Positions 57,171 to 64,000 of a stretch of 64,000 bases of DNA are shown here, piece after piece. Where the stretch lies: positions 11,013 through 75,012 of the forward strand of contig JAGRAN010000032.1 of the NCBI GenBank assembly GCA_020434585.1, in the 5' to 3' direction. The number at the start of each line of letters is the position of its first letter. The stretch's first letter is position 1. The translations under genes were made by a program, and so were the position numbers. Under the pieces are notes generated by a model that was given only the letters and a program-made list of their open reading frames with translations, was not told where the DNA came from and did no database searches. The DNA comes from Bdellovibrionales bacterium. Its GTDB lineage: Bacteria > Bdellovibrionota_C > UBA2361 > SZUA-149 > JAGRAN01.

Positions 57171-59393
57171 CTACCTCACATAGGTCGGCATCGCGAAGTC
57201 CGGGTCTGTCGGTGAGCCCCATGGCGGCGTCAGGTTTCTCAGACGCAGCATTTCAGTGAAAACTGCTCCATCTGTGGGGGTCTCAATCTCGAGCGGCCCG
57301 TAGGCATTAAGCTGGGTGCCGTAATTATAGGTTTCGTGCAAACCGAGATCGATGCCGCTTCGCGGAGCTAAGGTGTAGTTTTTCACGGTCATTCCGCCGA
57401 ACTGATTCGGGATTCGCAGAGTAACCGGAGTTGCGACATTGCGAATATTAAAGATGCGCAGCCAGTTGCTCATATTGAGATATAGGTTCCAGCTGCCCTG
57501 AATTTTGTTAGTGTAGCTGGACCTGAGCGGCGAACCATACATCGAAGCGATGCGTCCATTAGATTTGATAAAGTAGTACATGCTCTGACCAAGCAGTGCT
57601 CCTCCGTTGGCAGCTTCGACTCGGACGAGCCCTGAGCCACCGGGCGGCAGCACCGAGCTCGCGTCGTAGTGCTTTTGAGCGTGAGGCTGAAGTGTATCAG
57701 GAATCGTTGCGAGCAGTACGCCGTTATTACCGAACATCTTTACTGTTACCGGCAAGGGCTGCGAACTGCCGTTGGCGAGTTCGACGTAGTTCAGAGCATT
57801 AGAGCCGCGTGAAATTGGCGCGTGGATTACCTTTGCGCTCGGAGATACGCCGAGGAGTGGAAAGCCAAAACTATAACCCTCGGTCGGATTGCCGTCCGGG
57901 TTGTTGGCTCCATAACGCATGTTGGCCAGGATAAACGGCGTGTCCGGATCTTGTGCGACTACTTCGTTCATACCAAGTTCGTCGCCTCCAGGAATAAATC
58001 CCGGCAGATCGATGCGTTCAAATGGTTCTAAGTCACCGGTGATCACATTGCTCAGAACCCCGTTACGGTCGTACTGGTTGAGCGTGAAAATCTTGGCTTG
58101 AGTTGGATGCAGATTTACTACCGAAACCCAGTTGAGGACGCCGCCGTACAGGAATCCTGGAGGATTGATCTTGTTGTAGGTGACGTATGCTGTGCCCTTA
58201 AGCCGATTAGCGAACGGCACCAAGAAGGCAAAGTCATAAAACGGCAGAGCGCTGGACTGTTGGCGGTAATAAGCGATGCCGCCATCAAAGTTGTGGTGTG
58301 AGAAATCTATCTCCAGCATCCCGTATGTATACTCTGCAAAACCCTGCATTTCGTTGACAGCGAGATCCAGCTTGTCGAGCGGGCTAATCGCGACCTGGAT
58401 CGGCGGATACGCGTTTCCTTCAATGTCGCGCAGCGTAATTGTTGCTGTCAGTGACTCGGTGGAGCTGGTGTTAATCAGCTCGAGATAACTGTAGATGTTT
58501 ATGAAGCCGTTCCACAGCACGAATTGCTTGGTATCTAGTACTGGTTCGGCATCAACCTCGACATCAGTGATATCTACGCCTTCGACGTGCAGGGGATTGG
58601 GTTCGAACAGCTCCCGAAAAACATGCAGCTCTTTTGTGACTTCAACTTCATAATCGCCGTTTCGCACTTGAGTGATTTCGAATTCACCATTGGTGTCGGT
58701 TACGGCCTGCTTGTTAAACGCGGGGTTGCTATCGTGCGTGAAATCTAGCACTGCACCAATCAATGGTGACTGGTCGTGATCGCGCATATAAATTCTGCCG
58801 CTGACAGTTGCGACTTGGTAGCCGGCGGAGTTTACAACCTTGTTCTGGCAGCTCATGGACACGGAAGTGCTCGAAGGATTAAGCACGTAGTTGCTTTTGC
58901 TGAACGTGAGCGAATAGCTGAGGTGTCCGTCTAGACCGGATAACGTGAAATTACCTGAGGCGTTTGTAGTTGTGCTGCCTGCAGATCCGCCAACGCTGAC
59001 TCCAGCGACGCCCGATGCAGTTTCTGAGTTAGTAACAGTTCCTGAAATTGAGTAGGTCAGTTCCGTCGCGTTTGCTCCCAGCACGACATCGCCGGTGCCA
59101 ACCGTGCCGGCTGCTCCAGACGGAGAAATCGAATAGCACGGTTTAGAAAAGCCTATATTGTAAGGAGTGCCTTCGTCGTGGAGGCCATAAGAGAATTCAC
59201 CGGCGCTGTTGGTAGTTCGATTACCAAGGACTGGGTCGCTTACCGTGACACCGGACAGACCTGCAGGACCTCCAGCGAGTGTGATTTTGCCGCGAATTTC
59301 GTGCTGAGGGACTGGAGGGTCTTCGGCAAAAACTTCTGTCACAGGAATAAGCGCTGCGGTGAAAACCGCGAGCAGAGCGAAGAGACGCTTCAT
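57171..59393 (-). CDS. Large secreted protein with N-terminal CarbopepD_reg-like repeats and an uncharacterised C-terminal domain
   Basis: Start refined to the ATG at 59393 (MKRLFALLAVFTAALIPVTEVFA signal peptide). Repeated TNSAGEFSY / TNASGNFTLSGL / TDTNGEFEITQV motifs. Confidence 0.5.
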   Translation of the reverse strand: MKRLFALLAVFTAALIPVTEVFAEDPPVPQHEIRGKITLAGGPAGLSGVTVSDPVLGNRTTNSAGEFSYGLHDEGTPYNIGFSKPCYSISPSGAAGTVGTGDVVLGANATELTYSISGTVTNSETASGVAGVSVGGSAGSTTTNASGNFTLSGLDGHLSYSLTFSKSNYVLNPSSTSVSMSCQNKVVNSAGYQVATVSGRIYMRDHDQSPLIGAVLDFTHDSNPAFNKQAVTDTNGEFEITQVRNGDYEVEVTKELHVFRELFEPNPLHVEGVDITDVEVDAEPVLDTKQFVLWNGFINIYSYLELINTSSTESLTATITLRDIEGNAYPPIQVAISPLDKLDLAVNEMQGFAEYTYGMLEIDFSHHNFDGGIAYYRQQSSALPFYDFAFLVPFANRLKGTAYVTYNKINPPGFLYGGVLNWVSVVNLHPTQAKIFTLNQYDRNGVLSNVITGDLEPFERIDLPGFIPGGDELGMNEVVAQDPDTPFILANMRYGANNPDGNPTEGYSFGFPLLGVSPSAKVIHAPISRGSNALNYVELANGSSQPLPVTVKMFGNNGVLLATIPDTLQPHAQKHYDASSVLPPGGSGLVRVEAANGGALLGQSMYYFIKSNGRIASMYGSPLRSSYTNKIQGSWNLYLNMSNWLRIFNIRNVATPVTLRIPNQFGGMTVKNYTLAPRSGIDLGLHETYNYGTQLNAYGPLEIETPTDGAVFTEMLRLRNLTPPWGSPTDPDFAMPTYVR

Positions 59394-59560
59394 TGTGGAA
59401 CCCTCCAACAACATAACCCGATTTAAAACTCTCTCTCCGCTTAAAGCCCCGGGATAAGCGGTGATATTTCTCCTACCTACGCTCCACAGTTGTTATGCGC
59501 AAAAGCAGTACTGACGTGCGGCAATCTTTGGGTGTAAGGCTAAGTGACTGTGATCGCTCA

Positions 59561-60019
59561 CTAACTATGGGGCGCTTCGAACCGAGGGCGATTTGCCTTT
59601 GCCCTCAGCCAGTTGGCGGCATGCAAAACCTTGGGCAGGCGCATCACGAAACGTTCCAGGCGATACTTGCCGGGGAAATTCATCATCATCAAGCCGACTA
59701 AGATTGAAAGCAGGCCCTGGCCAGGCAGGACAAGCATTGCGAGTCCTGCTAGCACCAGCAGCAATCCAGCTGCATTCTTTAAAGCTAGACCTAGAATTCG
59801 GGCCACAGGATGCGCATCGGCAGCGGGCAAGTGGCTACGCTTCTCCCTGGTAAAATAATCCGCCGGGAGACGGATCAAAATCAGGGGCACGGCAATTAAA
59901 CTCACAAAAAAGAAGATGATCGATATGCCGCCGGCCCATAGGAGCAGGCGTTCGTTGGAACGCAGAGCAGCCCAGAATTGATTGATTAAAGCCATTACGG
60001 GAGTATATGTAGCATACAC
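59561..60019 (-). CDS. Small membrane protein, PGPGW-like
   Basis: Two TM pairs. MLVLPGQGLLSILVGL resembles the PGPGW transmembrane family motif. Confidence 0.35.
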   Translation of the reverse strand: MYATYTPVMALINQFWAALRSNERLLLWAGGISIIFFFVSLIAVPLILIRLPADYFTREKRSHLPAADAHPVARILGLALKNAAGLLLVLAGLAMLVLPGQGLLSILVGLMMMNFPGKYRLERFVMRLPKVLHAANWLRAKANRPRFEAPHS

Positions 60020-60077
60020 GCGGTAGGGGAGGGAGAGCCTTAACTGCTTAACGTAAAACCGAAATGGCGGAACACTG

Positions 60078-61181
60078 ATGAAAGTCGATGGTAAGCATTA
60101 CTACACCATTTGGAAGCATCCCGAAGATATTTCCAAGATACAAATTATAGATCAGCGACATTTGCCGCATCGCTTTGTGATTGAAGATATCACCACTGTC
60201 GATCAAATGGTTGCCGCGATTCGGGACATGCATCTACGGGGTGCGATCATCATCGGGGCCGCTGCAGGCTACGGTGTTTACCTGGCCGCTCGGGAAGCTG
60301 CGGAAACTGGAAATTTCGACCAGGCATTTAAAGATCGCTGCGACGCGCTCAAAGCCGCTCGACCGACCGCCGTTAACTTAGAGTGGGGTGTTAATCGAAC
60401 CGCTGCTGTTGTGAATGCCGCAATAGATATTAATGAGAAAATACACGCTGCGCTCCAGGAAGCGGACGATATTGCACTGGAGGAAATTGATCGGTCACAG
60501 CGAATCGGAGCTCACGGTTTGTCGATTATCAAAAAGCTGAGTCAGGCCAAAGGCGGCGAACCGGTCAATATTCTAACTCACTGCAATGCTGGTTGGCTTG
60601 CCTGCATCGACCACGGGACAGCCACGGCTCCGATTTATGCCGCCTATGATGCTGGCATCGATGTGCATGTTTGGGTCGATGAAACTAGGCCGAGAAATCA
60701 AGGGGCTCGACTGACCGCTTGGGAGCTTGGTCAGCACGGCGTGAAGCACACAGTAATAGTAGACAACACCGGCGGTCATTTAATGCAGAACGGAATGGTT
60801 GACTTGGTGATCGTCGGAACGGACAGAACTACCAGCAACGGCGATGTCGTTAATAAGATTGGCACCTATCTTAAGGCGCTTGCAGCGCACGACAATGGAG
60901 TGCCGTTTTACGTAGCGCTGCCTTCCTCAAGTATCGATTGGGAACTGCAAAGTGGAAGCGACGTGCCCATCGAGCTGAGGGGCGAGGAAGAAGTGACCTC
61001 GATCTGGGGAGAATCTGACGGTGAGCTTCTGTGCGTGCGCTTAACTCCAAAAAACAGTCCTGCCGCAAATTATGCTTTCGATGTGACCCCAGCGCATTTA
61101 GTCACGGGACTTATTACGGAGCTCGGTGTTTCCAGCGCAAGTGCTGAGGGTCTGCGCGAGCACTTCAACAATGCACGATGA
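60078..61181 (+). CDS. mtnA: S-methyl-5-thioribose-1-phosphate isomerase (eIF-2B alpha/beta/delta family)
   Basis: Family motifs (TIWKHPEDISKIQIIDQRHLP, LRGAIIIGAAAGYGVYLAA, VGTDRTTSNGDVVNKIGTY). Confidence 0.85.
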   Translation: MKVDGKHYYTIWKHPEDISKIQIIDQRHLPHRFVIEDITTVDQMVAAIRDMHLRGAIIIGAAAGYGVYLAAREAAETGNFDQAFKDRCDALKAARPTAVNLEWGVNRTAAVVNAAIDINEKIHAALQEADDIALEEIDRSQRIGAHGLSIIKKLSQAKGGEPVNILTHCNAGWLACIDHGTATAPIYAAYDAGIDVHVWVDETRPRNQGARLTAWELGQHGVKHTVIVDNTGGHLMQNGMVDLVIVGTDRTTSNGDVVNKIGTYLKALAAHDNGVPFYVALPSSSIDWELQSGSDVPIELRGEEEVTSIWGESDGELLCVRLTPKNSPAANYAFDVTPAHLVTGLITELGVSSASAEGLREHFNNAR

Positions 61182-61782
61182 GGGTTATGTTAAGTACCGG
61201 GCAGAGCTGGTCGAAGCGCCGCCGCCTGATTCTGAGCTCGCTGCGAAGCTGAATTATTCTCGATCGATTCTACGCAGCCGCGGCATGATCGGCGTTTATC
61301 CGGATGGGGTAGGTTTTGGCAATATCAGTGCGAGGCTTGCAGGATCAATTTCTTTCGTAATTTCCGGCACAGCTACTGGCGGCATCGAAACGCTTGAGGC
61401 AGAGCACTTCACCACAGTGACTGCGTTCGACATCGAGCGAAATTGGCTGCGCTGCGAAGGTCCGATAGCAGCCTCCTCTGAAGCGATGACGCACGGAGCA
61501 GTTTACCTAGCTGATGCGTCCGCAGCCGCGGTGATTCACGTTCACAGCGAGGCATTGTGGACTGAGCTGCTTGAACAGAGCCCGGCCACGAGTGCTAAAG
61601 TTGAATACGGAACGCCAGAGATGGCTCGGGAGGTTGTTCGGCTGCTGCGAGAAACGGCTGCTGGGCGCTTAAGGATATTTGCGATGGCAGGTCATCGCGA
61701 GGGGGTAATCGCTTTCGGTGGCAGTTTGGATGAGGCACGCGAAACGATTATTTCTGCCTACAATAAAGTTCTAGAGCGTTAG
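61171..61782 (+). CDS. mtnB: Class II aldolase/adducin-family protein (methylthioribulose-1-phosphate dehydratase-like)
   Basis: The ATG at 61171 overlaps the mtnA stop by 11 bp. His-containing blocks (AVIHVHSE, AMAGHREGV) fit the class II aldolase fold. The gene symbol rests on synteny with mtnA. Confidence 0.6.
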   Translation: MHDEGYVKYRAELVEAPPPDSELAAKLNYSRSILRSRGMIGVYPDGVGFGNISARLAGSISFVISGTATGGIETLEAEHFTTVTAFDIERNWLRCEGPIAASSEAMTHGAVYLADASAAAVIHVHSEALWTELLEQSPATSAKVEYGTPEMAREVVRLLRETAAGRLRIFAMAGHREGVIAFGGSLDEARETIISAYNKVLER

Positions 61783-61783
61783 G

Positions 61784-62443
61784 CTAAGCGGCGTTAACTA
61801 CGCGCTGACCAGACTGCGTGGGTGCATGAATACCGCGAGTGTCATCTGTCTGATATTTACCGGTAAAAACTTCTCCGCGGCGGAGTTTGCTTTCCTCGAT
61901 CTCTTTGCTGACATGCGCGAGGACGCTGCTCAGCCGAGGCTGCCACTCTTCCCACGGAAGTTCCGGAATCTCAACATCAAGCTGGACGGTTTCTAAAGGC
62001 GAGGCACTAATCACTAAGGGACTGTGGCGAAGAGCTTGGGCATGAAGCAGATGGTGCTCGGTGTTTGAGCGCAACAGCGTAGCCATCTCACCCAGAACTT
62101 CGCGCATCGATGAGCAGATGCGCTTAGCAAGTTCCATTGCCCGCATGCACTCCGCGCTAATTGGTGGGAGGTATGTCGCGATATAAAGCTCTGTATTTTT
62201 TATTTCCAAATTCTTGGCAGAGACGAATTTCGCCATTTCTTCAAAGTCAGCTTCGAGACGGTGCCTGATTAGGAACCGATCGACTGCGGACCAGATTCGC
62301 ATCGCCATCAACAGGAGAACTGGAATGAAAAGGGCGATAATTAGGACAAGATTGGTCGCGCCAAAGCGAGGAACTAAATCACTCAGCGCGACAAATACAT
62401 CTTGAAGGATGCCAGCAATATTGTTTACGAAATTCTCAACCAT
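61784..62443 (-). CDS. Hypothetical membrane-anchored protein
   Basis: N-terminal TM helix (LVLIIALFIPVLLLMAM). No motif. Confidence 0.3.
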   Translation of the reverse strand: MVENFVNNIAGILQDVFVALSDLVPRFGATNLVLIIALFIPVLLLMAMRIWSAVDRFLIRHRLEADFEEMAKFVSAKNLEIKNTELYIATYLPPISAECMRAMELAKRICSSMREVLGEMATLLRSNTEHHLLHAQALRHSPLVISASPLETVQLDVEIPELPWEEWQPRLSSVLAHVSKEIEESKLRRGEVFTGKYQTDDTRGIHAPTQSGQRVVNAA

Positions 62444-62633
62444 GGCCCAACTTCCCGCCTAGGTTCTGCACACCAACTGGATGAAACAATGCCTAAAACC
62501 TAGGAAATTTGCAAACCTCATCAGTCAACTCGCATATTTACGCACCAGACTTGACGGCAATAGCCGATTCTGGTTGATTACGTAGCCAATTGCCGTGTGT
62601 TTGTCATTGCAGGTGGTGGTTTATAGGAGCGAG

Positions 62634-62816
62634 ATGAAATTGCTGCAAAGATTTAGCAAGACTGCGGAAAACCAAAAGGGAGCGGTGATGTATGAATGGA
62701 GCCTGATTGCGCTGATTATCGCAGTCGGACTTATTCTCGTGATTATCAACCTTGCGGCCGGCACTGAAAAAAGTTTTAGCGACCCAGATCTTTCGAAGGC
62801 GCTAACGCAGGAATAA
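62634..62816 (+). CDS. flp: Flp-family type IVb pilin
   Basis: MKLLQRFSKTAENQKGAVMYEWSLIALIIAVGLILVI matches the Flp prepilin signature (KG followed by AxxxE[YW] and a hydrophobic helix). 60 aa, upstream of the TadE/TadG-like genes. Confidence 0.6.
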   Translation: MKLLQRFSKTAENQKGAVMYEWSLIALIIAVGLILVIINLAAGTEKSFSDPDLSKALTQE

Positions 62817-63115
62817 TTGTCGAGCAGCGTTAGCTGTTCCTCAGAAGTCAGTGCATTCCCTAGTGCAGATTGCCTTTTATTAGGTTTGGTGTATTTTTTT
62901 GTCGTAGTTTAGGGAATTTTTTTCATTAAGCCACTCACGCAGTTTGGTTTTTCGAAACATGTTTTTTTGTCCTCGATTGCGGTTTCGGTGGAGCTCATAG
63001 AAAGCGGGAGCTTCTGCGTAAACGCGGCCGGGGATGGACAGCGAAGGCAAGACCATACGGTAGTGTCGTCAAAGTCCGATTTAGAAGATGTCCTCTCGCC
63101 TGCTACAGGAGCAGT

Positions 63116-63550
63116 TTGTCTGTGTTAGGCACAAATAAAATCATTAAATCTCGATGCAGTCTCGACGAACGCGGTGTGGCTATGGTGGAGACTGCAATTA
63201 CACTCCCGCTTTTTGTCCTTATTTTGTTTGGACTAATACAGTGGGGGATGATCTTGGCAGGTGAGCTTACACTGCGCAACGCCGCTGCAGTCGCCGCTCG
63301 TTCGATGATTGTTGGCAGCACGCCTCCGACTTCGACCCAAGTTGAAGCAACCGCTAAAGCCGCCATGCGCCCACTGCTAGACCCCGACAATAACACTACC
63401 TCAGTCGTGAGCGATCCTGACTACACTTCTGGCGGACTCAGCGGGGCAAAGCGTGTTCAGATTTCTCACTCGTATCCTTTATTGTTTTCGTTTGTAGTTC
63501 CTGGTTCTGCCGGCACGTTTACGATGAATGCTGAAGCTGTAATGAAGTAG
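63116..63550 (+). CDS. tadE: TadE-like pilus assembly protein
   Basis: N-terminal TadE motif ERGVAMVETAITLPLFVLILFGLIQWG. 144 aa. Confidence 0.65.
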   Translation: MSVLGTNKIIKSRCSLDERGVAMVETAITLPLFVLILFGLIQWGMILAGELTLRNAAAVAARSMIVGSTPPTSTQVEATAKAAMRPLLDPDNNTTSVVSDPDYTSGGLSGAKRVQISHSYPLLFSFVVPGSAGTFTMNAEAVMK

Positions 63551-63561
63551 GAGTAAAAGCC

Positions 63562-64000
63562 ATGATACCGAATTTTAAACGTGCTGGTGAGTCCGAGAAA
63601 GGCGGGATGGCGGTCATTGCTTCGGTTGTTATTGGGAGCATGCTGATATTTGCTTCATTGGTGGTTGATGTCGGGATGGTCCGAGTTCAGCATCGTCAAA
63701 TTAATGTTGCGGCAGACGCGGGCGCGATGGCTGGAGTGCTTAAAGTCATTGAGCCAGGTGTAAGTAAGTCTGACGTAATTGCTGAGGCCCAAAATGCGGC
63801 TCTAGCCAACGGACTTACGGCGGCAGAGATTGCTAGTCGTGGAGCGATAGAAGTCGGCAATTGGAACGGAACCAGCTTCGCTGCTGACGTTACACCGTGG
63901 AATGCGGTTCGCGTGCCCGGAGAACGCTCGGTGCTTTTTTCGCTCGGCCGTCTGATCTGGACACAGATGGATCCAGCAGTCGATTCAATTGCGACCCTTG
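63562..64000 (+). CDS. tadG: TadG/TadE-like pilus assembly protein (3' partial, runs off the window)
   Basis: ATG at 63562 with AGGAG RBS. N-terminus ...SEKGGMAVIASVVIGSMLIFASLVVDVGMV is a class-III prepilin-like leader typical of TadG. No stop before the window ends. Confidence 0.5.
   Translation, partial: MIPNFKRAGESEKGGMAVIASVVIGSMLIFASLVVDVGMVRVQHRQINVAADAGAMAGVLKVIEPGVSKSDVIAEAQNAALANGLTAAEIASRGAIEVGNWNGTSFAADVTPWNAVRVPGERSVLFSLGRLIWTQMDPAVDSIATL

Overview
This 64-kb window is bacterial: lipoproteins, a cobalamin riboswitch, tight operons with overlapping stop and start codons. The background genome is roughly 45-52% GC and carries several gene-sized GC-rich islands. About 60 CDSs are supportable. 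Housekeeping genes include pepA (M17 leucyl aminopeptidase), a tRNA-dihydrouridine synthase, the B12 uptake operon btuB-btuF-btuD-btuC behind a cobalamin riboswitch, msrA, tag, mtnA and an mtnB-like aldolase. The most striking content is a surface-modification accessory region at about 6.5-29.5 kb, with a second flagellin-like gene outside it at 33.4-34.9 kb. Both flagellin-like genes are orphans whose hypervariable cores are FG-GAP Ca-binding repeats; no fliD/fliS/flaG/flg genes lie nearby. The first heads a tightly coupled operon: TM-anchored SGNH hydrolase, polytopic membrane protein, GT-C-like glycosyltransferase, rhodanese, fatty-acid hydroxylase. That operon converges on a Wzy_C (O-antigen ligase / O-oligosaccharyltransferase-like) gene. 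The region holds four paralogous TM-anchored SGNH/GDSL hydrolases, two paralogous GT-C-like membrane glycosyltransferases, a GT2 and a Hanks Ser/Thr kinase. I propose this is an undescribed system that glycosylates or acylates flagellin-like surface proteins. Other notable items: a GNAT-HDAC fusion, a circularly permuted ATP-grasp / AstE-AspA deacylase / TolB-like operon, two paralogous HTH-like 270-aa proteins, three dispersed Flp-type prepilin genes and a partial tad locus (Flp-TadE-TadG) at the 3' end. Start codons are often uncertain, and the ORF track reports GTG/TTG starts as M. All functional calls come from motif recognition by eye; no searches were run.
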